Shown one piece after another: positions 35,987 through 45,283 of a DNA stretch of 64,000 nt; positions within the stretch are counted from its first letter, which is position 1, and each line of letters starts with the position of its first letter. A program made the translations under genes and the position numbers. The notes below the pieces were generated by a model that was not told where the DNA came from, searched no databases, and saw only the letters and a program-made list of their open reading frames with translations. The stretch covers positions 22,940-86,939 of the forward strand of contig MNTV01000019.1 in assembly GCA_001917175.1 (NCBI GenBank), given 5' to 3'. The stretch is from Azospirillum sp. 51_20. GTDB taxonomy: Bacteria; Pseudomonadota; Alphaproteobacteria; RF32; CAG-239.

Positions 35987-38485
35987 ATGGTTATCGCCAA
36001 TTTCAGAGAATATACCGCTGTACTGCGCGACGTTTATTCACGCGACGCAATGGGCGAGATCGGCGCCTATTACCAGGCTCTGACCAACTCCGGCGAAGAA
36101 CTGAAACAACAAAAGCTCAAGCTGCTGGAACAAATCGGCGCCCGCAAACGGGAAATCGACCGGCAGGCACAATTGATCCGCACGACAACCGACAAAAAAG
36201 CGGCCGGCCTGAGGCTGGCGCGGATCAAAAAGCAGAAACAGGATATGATCCGGGCACTCAAGGTTTTGCAGAACGGCGACCATTTCAACGTTTTAAGCGA
36301 CGAAGCCAAAACCGGCGTATGCAGCGGTTTTCTGCTGCAAAAATATCTGACCCGGGAACTGTTGGAACACAATCCCCTTAATTTTGCCAAAGATGCAAAC
36401 GGCAACCTGCTGGTTGACACCGAGCGGCTGAAACATTCCGCAATTTTTCAGGAAGCCGTTCACCTGCGCGATTTTGTCGCCGCCTACATGGCAAAATACC
36501 CGGACAAGGTAAAAACGCCCGGACATTTCAAAACGCTTTTAAACAACGTTAAGGACTGGCGCGGCGTGCTTGATTATGCCGACGCGTTTTTCGCACGGCT
36601 GAACGACGACGCGCATTTGACAGACGACATGATAAAAGCCAGCCGGCAGGGAGTTGAAGTCATACGCGTTTTCCCCGGCAAAAACGTCCAGCTGGTGCGT
36701 TTGCGTACGGTTGAAGCGCTGGACTACGAAACGGCCAGAATGGACCACTGCGTGGGAAAAGGCAGCTATGACGCCGCCGTTTTAAACGGCAAAACGGCAA
36801 TTTATTCGCTGCGGGATTTAAGCGCGGAAAACGAATGGCTGCCGCACGCAACCATAGAGTGCAAGGACGGCGCAATCACTCAGGTCAAGGGATACAAAAA
36901 CAAGGAAATCGACCCGCAGTATTATCCCGAAATCAGGGCAAGCGTTTTTGCCGTTTACGGCAGCGAAGACATTGCCGAACTGCACCGGCAGGGCAAAGTC
37001 CGCGACTTGCAAAACTGGGGATATGTCATTGACGTCCGCGGCATTGTCAGGGATTATTACAACCTGAACGAAGAGATTGAACTGCAGGAAGCGGACATTT
37101 GGAAAGTGCCGCCCGAAAAAGCCGTTTTCATTTCCGCCCGGACGGTCAAAATCGGCCGCATATGGAACCGGCAAACGACGGAAAAATTGAAGCAATTCAG
37201 AAAAATAGACTCTTTTGACCTGTCGGAAATGACGGAAGGAATTGCCGAAGCAAGAAAATACATTGCCGAACAAAGTGCCGCCGGCAACCAAGAGGCGGCA
37301 AAAGCCCTGAACAATTCACGCTATGTCTTCAAACTCGGCTATGCCGCCCGTTGGACCGGCAAAAGGGAACTGTGTTTCCAAATAAAACCGGAACCGATGA
37401 TCGACCTGCTCAACGTCACGGAACCGATAAAGGTCAGCAACATCAACTATACGCCGGAGCTGTCGGAACTGCTTTCTCCCGAACGGCTGTCGACGGCCAC
37501 CCTCACCGTCAGCGGAAAAATCACCGGGGAAATGCTGGAAAAAATCGCCCGTTTTCGTTCAATCGACAACCTTTTTTTCAAAGACGCGGATTTTTCTGCT
37601 CTCCGCAGCGCGGACTTAAGCAAAGTCAGAATGAGCGAAAGCAATGTTCCCGCAAACGACCTGGCATATATGGAAGAGGCCTGCATGGTGGCCGAAAACG
37701 CCGGCTATATAACGAACATTGCCAAATTCGCGGAGGGACGCATGATCCGTTTTTACAATTGTAAAAAACTTCCGGATCCGGCCGACATCCGTTTTCCCGC
37801 CAACGTCAGACATCTGGTAATCGACGCCGAAAACAAGCTGACGGACAAGGTTTCCGAGATTGATTTTGCAAAATATCAAAGTCTGGAAACGCTGCAGTTC
37901 AACAACTTCAACTTTGAAAACTGCAGCCGGATAACCCTGCCGGAAAGCCTTTCCTACCTCGGCTTCGGCAGCTGCACGCTCAAACCGTGCAAAACGTTTG
38001 ACCTTGACGTTTGCCCCGGTTTGCAACAGGTTCGGCTGACTGCTTCCGATTTGAGCGGGATTAAACGAATCGTATTTCCTTCGGCAATGGAAAAATGTTC
38101 CGTCAGCGGCTGCAGTTTCAGAACGGATTCCGTGCTTGATTACGGCCGCTGCAGCGGGCTGACGGATCTTGAGCTTTCGGGATTAGGCGGCAACCAAATT
38201 TCCTGCAAAGAAATTTTGATACCGGAATCGCTTAAACAGCTGAGTATTGACTATGCCGTTTTTCCGCAGCTCGAAACGCTAGATCTCGGAAAGTGCCGGC
38301 AGCTGGAGAAAGTTTATTTCAATCATGTCAACTTTCCACGGTTAAAAAAGCTGGTTGTTCCCGAATGCGAGTTCAAGCAGGACAAATTCACCGCCGCGCC
38401 TTATACGGAAACAATTACCGTTGCGCCTCAGCAGGCGGTTCCGCCGCCTGCCGGATATCCCCGGACTGCCGGCGCGGAAAGATAG
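35987..38485 (+). CDS. large PcfJ-like domain / leucine-rich-repeat protein
   Basis: ATG 35987; the TTG-initiated extension overlaps the promoters. Mid-region MDHCVGKGSYDAAVLNGKTAIYSLRD...PHATIECKDGAITQVKGYKNK fits my recollection of the PcfJ-like pattern. The C-terminal ~330 aa carry irregular LRR-like units (L.L..C..L..L.L). Confidence 0.65.
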   Translation: MVIANFREYTAVLRDVYSRDAMGEIGAYYQALTNSGEELKQQKLKLLEQIGARKREIDRQAQLIRTTTDKKAAGLRLARIKKQKQDMIRALKVLQNGDHFNVLSDEAKTGVCSGFLLQKYLTRELLEHNPLNFAKDANGNLLVDTERLKHSAIFQEAVHLRDFVAAYMAKYPDKVKTPGHFKTLLNNVKDWRGVLDYADAFFARLNDDAHLTDDMIKASRQGVEVIRVFPGKNVQLVRLRTVEALDYETARMDHCVGKGSYDAAVLNGKTAIYSLRDLSAENEWLPHATIECKDGAITQVKGYKNKEIDPQYYPEIRASVFAVYGSEDIAELHRQGKVRDLQNWGYVIDVRGIVRDYYNLNEEIELQEADIWKVPPEKAVFISARTVKIGRIWNRQTTEKLKQFRKIDSFDLSEMTEGIAEARKYIAEQSAAGNQEAAKALNNSRYVFKLGYAARWTGKRELCFQIKPEPMIDLLNVTEPIKVSNINYTPELSELLSPERLSTATLTVSGKITGEMLEKIARFRSIDNLFFKDADFSALRSADLSKVRMSESNVPANDLAYMEEACMVAENAGYITNIAKFAEGRMIRFYNCKKLPDPADIRFPANVRHLVIDAENKLTDKVSEIDFAKYQSLETLQFNNFNFENCSRITLPESLSYLGFGSCTLKPCKTFDLDVCPGLQQVRLTASDLSGIKRIVFPSAMEKCSVSGCSFRTDSVLDYGRCSGLTDLELSGLGGNQISCKEILIPESLKQLSIDYAVFPQLETLDLGKCRQLEKVYFNHVNFPRLKKLVVPECEFKQDKFTAAPYTETITVAPQQAVPPPAGYPRTAGAER

Positions 38486-38524
38486 AAAATTTGCAACAAT
38501 TATTTTAACTAAATCTCATAAATT

Positions 38525-39124
38525 ATGAACAATGAACTGGAAAACAAACTGAAAAGCCTGACCGATCTGGCAAAAAATTTCGGTTTTGGCAAGGAAGAAG
38601 CCGTCAAACTGGCGAAGAACCTGATTTCCGAGTACAAAATCTCTTTTGCCGACCTTTATCCCGACATGTCGGCGCGTTTCGAAGAAGTCAAAGAGCTGTG
38701 CGGCAAGATACAAAAAACCGTAAACGGCCTCAACCAAAAAATCGAAACCCGCAGCGAAACCTCGGAGCCTAAAGGAGTACCGCTGCCGTTTGAAGTCATT
38801 TATGCCGGCGGCATCAGAAGCAAACAGACCATCTCCGGCCGCGTACCGATCGGGGTCGTCGTTTCGGGCAACAAGCTTTTATACTGGCAGGAATCCGGCG
38901 AGCCCATGAGCCGCAGCGATGCACGGAACTACATGAACCGTCTGCCGGAGGGATACAGGTGGCATCTGATGAACTACTGCGAAGCCTCGGGCATCAAAAA
39001 CATCGTTTATAAAGTAAACGAAACTTTGCGGGCAATCGGCGGCGACGTCATCGGCAGCCGCAACTACATGCTCGACGGCGACGGCCAAAGCAGCGGCATC
39101 GTCCGTTACGTTGCCGAACTCTGA
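38525..39124 (+). CDS. hypothetical protein sharing a C-terminal domain with 13348-14394
   Basis: 199 aa. C-terminus PIGVVVSGNKLLYW...ARNYMNRLPEGYRWHLMNYCEA...NETLRAIGGD...IVRYV aligns to the other protein. Confidence 0.6.
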   Translation: MNNELENKLKSLTDLAKNFGFGKEEAVKLAKNLISEYKISFADLYPDMSARFEEVKELCGKIQKTVNGLNQKIETRSETSEPKGVPLPFEVIYAGGIRSKQTISGRVPIGVVVSGNKLLYWQESGEPMSRSDARNYMNRLPEGYRWHLMNYCEASGIKNIVYKVNETLRAIGGDVIGSRNYMLDGDGQSSGIVRYVAEL

Positions 39125-39146
39125 CAGTCTGACGACATTTGTTTTG

Positions 39147-39184
39147 AAAAAAAACGCCGGCGGTTGATCCGCGGGCGTTTTTTT
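39147..39184. terminator. bidirectional terminator
   Basis: A8, ACGCCGGCGG-ttgat-CCGCGGGCGT, T7, between convergent genes. Confidence 0.7.
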
Positions 39185-39195
39185 AATTACGAACT

Positions 39196-39519
39196 TTATT
39201 TTCTCAACGACAGGCTCAGCCAGACACCGCCCAAAAAGACGGGAAGCAGCCCCCAATAAGCGCAAACCGACGCACCGGTCAGACGCAGCAGAAAAAAAAC
39301 GAAAACCGCCAGCCAGACGAACAAAAAGCAAAAGACCAGCGACAAACGACGGGCACAGGCTTTCTTTTCCGCCTCGTCGGCCCTGCCAGCGGCAACCTGC
39401 GGATGTTTCCGGCGCCACAACACTTCATATGCCAAAAAAGCCGACAACACAATTACGGCAGCCCAGACAAAAGCGCTTATCCGCAGCAAGGCATTCTGAA
39501 AAGAAATTAAGTTTTCCAT
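39196..39519 (-). CDS. small membrane protein, unknown function
   Basis: ~107 aa from MENLISF with three hydrophobic segments. Start is uncertain. Confidence 0.4.
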   Translation of the reverse strand: MENLISFQNALLRISAFVWAAVIVLSAFLAYEVLWRRKHPQVAAGRADEAEKKACARRLSLVFCFLFVWLAVFVFFLLRLTGASVCAYWGLLPVFLGGVWLSLSLRK

Positions 39520-39693
39520 ACCAAAACAAATTAAATGATAACGACAATAATACAATTTCATCCGATTTATAACATATCGGATAAGCTGATGCAACTTTTT
39601 TGACTTTTCCCGTCCGGGAGGGAAAAGCATTTGTTTTTATCCGCCGATTGAATTATATTGACTCTCAGTCAACAATCAATCGAGGAAAAAACG

Positions 39694-40623
39694 ATGATAA
39701 AAGTTAAAAACCTGGTCTTTGACTATATGACGAAAAGGGCTTTGCACGGCCTTTCGTTCGAAATCGAAAAAGGCAGCATCGTCGCCTTGATCGGACCGAA
39801 CGGCGCCGGCAAGACCACTTTGATGAGATGTCTGGCGGGACTGGTCAAACCCTTCAGCGGAGAAATTTTCATCAACGACATCAACGTTCCCGAAGACTCG
39901 CGCAACGCCCACCGGCACATTTCCTACCTGTCGGACGTTTTCGGCCTGTATGACAACCTGACGGCCCGCCAATGTCTGAGATATGCGGCGTTGGCCTTTG
40001 ACATCCCGACGGCCGAAATCGACGGCAGAATCGCGGAAACGGCGGAAATGCTCAACCTTACCGAACATCTGGACACTTATGCCGGCAACCTTTCCCGCGG
40101 TCTGCGGCAGCGGCTGGCAATCGCGCTCGGCATTATCCACAAACCGGAATTCATCATTCTCGACGAACCGGCCTCGGGGCTTGATCCGGAAGCGCGGCTG
40201 GAACTCTCGAAGCTGTTTGTTGCACTGAAAGAAAAAGGCCACACCCTGCTCATTTCCTCGCATATTCTGGCCGAACTCGAAGACTATGCGACCGCCGTGA
40301 TTGTGCTTAACGCCGGCAGAATCGTCAAATATGAAAAATTTGACGGCAGCGCCGTCAACGTCAGACAGGACGCCCGCATTAACATTGCCGTCCGCGTCAA
40401 AGGCAGCACGGAGCAGCTGATTCAGTTCCTGGAAGAAGACAACTCAACCGGCGAAGTCAGCAGCGACGGCACCTATGTTCGCGCCTGCGTTTTCGGACAG
40501 GAAAACGAACTTGCCGCCCTGCTGAGAAGGCTGATTGCGGCGGAAATCAAGGTTATTGAGTTCAAAATTGAGAAAAACTCGCTGAAAACCGCTTATTTCG
40601 AAACCCTGAAAGAAGGAGAATAA
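39694..40623 (+). CDS. ABC transporter ATP-binding protein
   Basis: Walker A GPNGAGKTT, signature LSRGLRQR, Walker B FIILDEP, H-loop SSHIL. GAGGA RBS before ATG 39694. ~90-aa C-terminal extension. Confidence 0.9.
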   Translation: MIKVKNLVFDYMTKRALHGLSFEIEKGSIVALIGPNGAGKTTLMRCLAGLVKPFSGEIFINDINVPEDSRNAHRHISYLSDVFGLYDNLTARQCLRYAALAFDIPTAEIDGRIAETAEMLNLTEHLDTYAGNLSRGLRQRLAIALGIIHKPEFIILDEPASGLDPEARLELSKLFVALKEKGHTLLISSHILAELEDYATAVIVLNAGRIVKYEKFDGSAVNVRQDARINIAVRVKGSTEQLIQFLEEDNSTGEVSSDGTYVRACVFGQENELAALLRRLIAAEIKVIEFKIEKNSLKTAYFETLKEGE

Positions 40624-40625
40624 GA

Positions 40626-41996
40626 ATGTTTAAGAATCCGGAATTTATCAGGAACACCTGGACCGAACTGACGGCCAAAAAACTGGCGGCAATGCCGCTT
40701 CTGCTGATCACGGTCTACCTTCTGGCCTACATCCTGGACGAAGCGCTGCCGTTTTCCTTCCTGCCTTACATCTGCGTGTTTTTCTACTGTGTTTTCACTT
40801 ATGTCTGGAGCACCCGGCTGGCGGCGGAAACGGTGATCAGGGAAATCAACGCCAACACCTGGTCGTTTCAGGTTATGACTTCGATGTCGCCGGTCAAAAT
40901 GGCTGTCGGCAAACTGTTCGGCAGCACGGTTTACATCTGGTACGGCAATTTCATCTGTTTTGCCCTTTACCTTTTGTCTTACCACCTGCATCGGGAACGG
41001 CTGCCGGAAATACCGCTGCCGGAACTTCTGACCAACGTTCTGATTTTCGTCCTGTTCGGCCTGTCGGCGCAGATACTGCCGCTTTTGCTCAGCCTGCACT
41101 CGATCCGCTGGCGGCATTTTTTCGAGAAGTTCGACGTCACTTTCTTCCAGTTCATGGGCATTGCCATGATCATCCCTCTCTACAAGGTCTTTAACGGCAG
41201 CGGCGAAGGAATCGTCTGGTACGGCGCGCACTATACCGCCAAGGAAGCGGCCGTCGTTTTCCTGTCCGTTTTCATCATTTGGGGCTTTATCGCCATAGTC
41301 AATCAGATCAAAACGGAATTCGGACAGGAACCCTACCCCGTTTCCTGGTTTTTGTTCACGCTGTCACTGGTGGCGGTTTTGTTCGGTTTCAACGATTACG
41401 GCAGCGACAATCCGCTGGTCCGCTACGTCGGCACCCTTTCCGCCTTTTTTGCCGTGCTTGCGGTCACTTATCTGACTTTGTGCGGAGAATCGAACATGGC
41501 GCTGCGCCCCAACATGGTATCAAAATATTATCACGGAAAGCAGTACAAACGGCTGTTTATGATCATGCCGAGAAGTCTGGTAACAATTCCCGTCATCATC
41601 GTTCTGGCGCTGGTCTTAAGCGCGGAATTCGGCAGCCTGGGACAGGAACAGGGAACCAGCGCCGGCTTCATGGTCTGGGCGATGATTCTGTTTATGCTGC
41701 GGGACTTCTGCTTCATTTACCTGTGGTCGCTTTTTGCCCAGGGCAACGAAAAGGAAACGACGGTGGTTCCGGTTCTGATCGCACTTTCCACCTACACCAT
41801 CATTCCGGTTCTGCTCTATCATTTCGACTTGCGCATCTTCTGTTCGTTCTTTATGCCCTATTTCCACGAAAGCAGCTATCTCACTTACAACGAAAGCGCT
41901 TTTCTGACGGTTATCCCGCCGGCGCTGGAATTTGTCTTTATGCTGGTTCTTCTGACTTTGGGCATCAGAAAGAAATTCCGTGAACTCCGGATCTGA
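40626..41996 (+). CDS. polytopic membrane protein, putative permease partner of the ABC ATPase
   Basis: 456 aa with more than 10 hydrophobic segments. AAGGAG RBS, 2-nt gap after the ATPase gene. Confidence 0.6.
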   Translation: MFKNPEFIRNTWTELTAKKLAAMPLLLITVYLLAYILDEALPFSFLPYICVFFYCVFTYVWSTRLAAETVIREINANTWSFQVMTSMSPVKMAVGKLFGSTVYIWYGNFICFALYLLSYHLHRERLPEIPLPELLTNVLIFVLFGLSAQILPLLLSLHSIRWRHFFEKFDVTFFQFMGIAMIIPLYKVFNGSGEGIVWYGAHYTAKEAAVVFLSVFIIWGFIAIVNQIKTEFGQEPYPVSWFLFTLSLVAVLFGFNDYGSDNPLVRYVGTLSAFFAVLAVTYLTLCGESNMALRPNMVSKYYHGKQYKRLFMIMPRSLVTIPVIIVLALVLSAEFGSLGQEQGTSAGFMVWAMILFMLRDFCFIYLWSLFAQGNEKETTVVPVLIALSTYTIIPVLLYHFDLRIFCSFFMPYFHESSYLTYNESAFLTVIPPALEFVFMLVLLTLGIRKKFRELRI

Positions 41997-42006
41997 GTTC
42001 ACGGCA

Positions 42007-42036
42007 GAAAAATCCCCGCTTTCGGCGGGGATTTTT
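42007..42036 (+). terminator. rho-independent terminator
   Basis: ATCCCCGC-N5-GCGGGGAT followed by T5. Confidence 0.75.
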
Positions 42037-42053
42037 CATTGCAAAAATAAGTT

Positions 42054-42082
42054 ATTGTTTTTAATATTTTTTGTGCTATAAT
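42054..42082 (+). promoter_or_regulatory. extended -10 promoter
   Basis: TGcTATAAT (42074-42082) with TTGTTT 17 nt upstream. GAGGAGG RBS precedes ATG 42118. Confidence 0.45.
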
Positions 42083-42117
42083 ATGTTATCTTTTCAGCGT
42101 TTTTGAGGAGGCAATCC

Positions 42118-42882
42118 ATGCAAAAAACGGATCTGATCAAAGCATCTGAAAAACCGGAACATATCCGGAAGCACAGAGGAAACGCACACGTTATCGGCTC
42201 AAAAGCCTTAAAACATGTTTCCGAACAAAATATCCATGACATACTTTCCCGCTTTGAACAGGCATATGCCCTGATGATTGACGAACGGGAAAATCCCGGC
42301 CGGCAGGAATTCTGCCTGAAAACCAGCGCACCGGTCGGCACCGACGCCGTCATCAACGCAGAAGATATTAAAGACGGCGCGGCTTTCGAGGTTGTCCGCG
42401 ACCTTGGCACGCCCTATGCGGGAAAGGTCAAAGTAGCCCTGATCAACGCCAAAGACATGCCGACGACAAATCTGGTGCACGGCATCTACGGTCCTTACGG
42501 TAACAGCGGTAAGGCCGGCATCTATACCATGACTTTCGGCCAACCGGGAACAGAGCTGCCGAAAGAACTGGGCAGCGACGAGCCGGAACCGGCGCAAACC
42601 TTCAACCGCGAATGCCGGAAATTCTGGGACGGGGAAAACGGTAAAGCCGGCCATGTTTTGCTGGCCACTCCCGATGAACTGGCGTCAACCATCGAGCAAA
42701 TGAAAAAGCACGGTCTTAAAACCAAAATTCAGGAACTGCGGCTGGAAGCTTTTTACCGCGGCGGAGAAAAATCCCCGTTAAAAGCAAACCGCCACCCCGC
42801 GCAAAAATCGGAAAAAGCGGTTGACCTCGGCACCTTTTCCCTCGGCGGCAACGGCGCAGACAATGTCAGGGAAGACAAATAA
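42118..42882 (+). CDS. hypothetical protein
   Basis: 254 aa from MQKTDLIK with a strong RBS; no recognised motif. Confidence 0.6.
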   Translation: MQKTDLIKASEKPEHIRKHRGNAHVIGSKALKHVSEQNIHDILSRFEQAYALMIDERENPGRQEFCLKTSAPVGTDAVINAEDIKDGAAFEVVRDLGTPYAGKVKVALINAKDMPTTNLVHGIYGPYGNSGKAGIYTMTFGQPGTELPKELGSDEPEPAQTFNRECRKFWDGENGKAGHVLLATPDELASTIEQMKKHGLKTKIQELRLEAFYRGGEKSPLKANRHPAQKSEKAVDLGTFSLGGNGADNVREDK

Positions 42883-43084
42883 ACAGCCCGCCCGACCAAC
42901 GTCACACTTATAACCCCGGCAGCGGTGCCGGCAATGTTTGACAAATCAACGCGTGCTTTTTGTTCCGGCAGCGGCGTTTGACGTTCCGTTGCCCGAGGAA
43001 GATCAGAACCGCAACCGCTGCATCCACTTGCGGCAGTTGCAACGGTAAAAAACGATCGTTGTAAAAAAACAAAAGACGCTTTGA

Positions 43085-44023
43085 CTATCGGTTGTATATT
43101 TTGGCATTTATGGCATTGCCGATTATGCTTTGTTGCCGGCCGCGCATTGTTTCCGGATTCCCGTTTTCGCGGAGCGGCTGACGCCGTGCCGGAGCCAATC
43201 CTCTGAGTTCGTTGATTTTTGCCCTCCTCATGGCTTCCTCGGACTTTATGAAATTATCTCGCCGAAACCCTCCGTCGGGCGTATACGGCATTCTTGTATC
43301 TTCCCCTTTCTCTTTCTTCTTATCATAATCCATGCCCATATATTGAGAAAATCCCCGTTCCGAAATTCCGCAATTAAACAACAGGGAGGAAGCGTATAAA
43401 TCGGTAGCAGTTTCGGCACCATCCATATATTTCGTCTGCCATTCTTTCGGACGCTTGCCAAACTCCACCGCATGCCCCAACTCATGTGCCAAAATTTGCG
43501 GCAGCGCATCTTCATTAATCTCCGACAGCACACCTTCCTTTTTCAGTCTTTTTAAGTCACTGATACAAATCACAATCTTATCGGGTGTGCCGTTTTCTCC
43601 TTTTTGAAAGGCGCAGCTGCCGTTCGGAACCGTCCAATTTTTTCTGACTCTATATTCTATTTCGCTATGCGCCAGTAACGCTTTTAAATCCGCGGCGGCC
43701 TTGGAATCATTGCTTGTAAACCGGGCAACCAGATCCTTTATCTCTGCTTCACAGGCTTTGTGTTCCGGGCTGTTCGTATCCAGACAGTTACTTTTAAATT
43801 CTTCGGAACCTATATCCGGAAAATCCCGCAACTCTGACAAATCGTAAATTTTATCCCCTTTCTCATCACCGTCTGCCATGCGACGCCGTCCCTCCTGCAC
43901 AACATATCTTTTGTTGCCGGCATCACAGACAATGCGATTTAACAGCGTTTCCTTATCTGTTTCGGAAGCGTTTTCATAGTATGTTTCGACAAACCCCTGC
44001 AAATACTTTTCAAATTCCGTCAT
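43085..44023 (-). CDS. hypothetical protein with an HExxH zinc-metallopeptidase motif
   Basis: ILAHELGHAVEF. No signal peptide seen. Locally lower GC by spot counts. Confidence 0.5.
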   Translation of the reverse strand: MTEFEKYLQGFVETYYENASETDKETLLNRIVCDAGNKRYVVQEGRRRMADGDEKGDKIYDLSELRDFPDIGSEEFKSNCLDTNSPEHKACEAEIKDLVARFTSNDSKAAADLKALLAHSEIEYRVRKNWTVPNGSCAFQKGENGTPDKIVICISDLKRLKKEGVLSEINEDALPQILAHELGHAVEFGKRPKEWQTKYMDGAETATDLYASSLLFNCGISERGFSQYMGMDYDKKKEKGEDTRMPYTPDGGFRRDNFIKSEEAMRRAKINELRGLAPARRQPLRENGNPETMRGRQQSIIGNAINAKIYNR

Positions 44024-44199
44024 ATTCGACTTTCCTGCGAATAACCTTTTGCATTATGTTATCATAATCCGAACAAGGCAATCAATTTATTTTTATCAAG
44101 ATTACGGCCGCGGCCGGCAGCAGGTTTCAGCACAGGAAACTGCCTTGCCAGGGACCGTGCCGCATTTTTCGTTCAGACGGCAGCTGTAATATTCTCTCT

Positions 44200-45090
44200 T
44201 TACCGCCCGAAAAGTATCAGGACCACCACCGCGGCCAGCAGCAACAGGACCCGGCGCAAAGAAATGCGCGAAGCGGGAATGTTCCGGCCGAAAAAACGCA
44301 AAACGGCACCGGCGGCAAACACCCAGATGACATAAAGATACATGGTTGCCGTTACATAGGACGGATTGGGAGTGGCAAACATGGCAAAATTCTTAAAGAC
44401 CATGGACAAAACCAACGGAACCATTACCAACGCGCACTTTACGTTCTGGCGTTCCCAAAGCGCCTTTAACTTTCCTCCGCCGTGGAAGTAAAAAGAAAAA
44501 TTGACGATGCAGATGACAACCGCGGTGATCAGGATATAAAGACAGCTGCCGCTGACCAGCTCATGCGGCCGCAAAAAACTCATGGCGGTTTTGTTTAAGG
44601 TATCGCAAGCGGCGCAAAACAACAGATAAGGCACCATATAGCGCAATGCCTTACGCCCCCGCCGGTCGCCGCGATAACTGGATACGGAAAAAATTACCGT
44701 ACCGAGCGCCGCCGCCACCGTCAGAAAACGAAGCGGCTCCCGTCCGTATGCGATCAGTCCGCCCGGATTAAGCAAAAGCCATACAAAAAAGACGATACCG
44801 ACGCAAAAAGGATGTATGGAAGAAATGGTTTCCGCGCCCCACACCCGCATTGCCCGGAAATTGCGCATGTCGACAAAGGAAATTACCCCGCCCTGCACCA
44901 GACAGACGACATAAAACGGCCAGGCGGCAGGCAGAGAAACGAACGGCAGAACCGGCAGCAAAAACAAAATCGGCATCACGCCGCGATAGACCATAAACAC
45001 CGTCGACGAAACTTTTGCCGCCTGGTTGCCCAGATAGTACAATCCGATTGCAATGCTCGCCAGCGAAGCATATACCGCCCACATAAACAC
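44200..45090 (-). CDS. DMT/EamA-like integral membrane protein
   Basis: 296 aa with ~10 hydrophobic segments. Family assignment is tentative. Confidence 0.5.
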   Translation of the reverse strand: MFMWAVYASLASIAIGLYYLGNQAAKVSSTVFMVYRGVMPILFLLPVLPFVSLPAAWPFYVVCLVQGGVISFVDMRNFRAMRVWGAETISSIHPFCVGIVFFVWLLLNPGGLIAYGREPLRFLTVAAALGTVIFSVSSYRGDRRGRKALRYMVPYLLFCAACDTLNKTAMSFLRPHELVSGSCLYILITAVVICIVNFSFYFHGGGKLKALWERQNVKCALVMVPLVLSMVFKNFAMFATPNPSYVTATMYLYVIWVFAAGAVLRFFGRNIPASRISLRRVLLLLAAVVVLILFGR

Positions 45091-45283
45091 CTCCGTGTCA
45101 TCTTTTCACAAATTTTCAGCCGTCCGCACAATTATCCGTTCGCCCGGCTCCGGTTTTTGCAAACCGGGAAACGAAAACGGACGCTTTGTCGACAATACGG
45201 CGCCTGAAGTGCAAAATCCGAATGTTTCCGCCGGCCGGGCAAAAACATTCGGATCACAGATCAGGGAAAAAATTTTCCCGTCT

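Noticed and set aside
40133-40141. Perfect DnaA-box consensus TTATCCACA
   Set aside because: It is a single isolated occurrence inside the ABC ATPase coding sequence. There is no cluster, AT-rich unwinding element or dnaA/hemE context.
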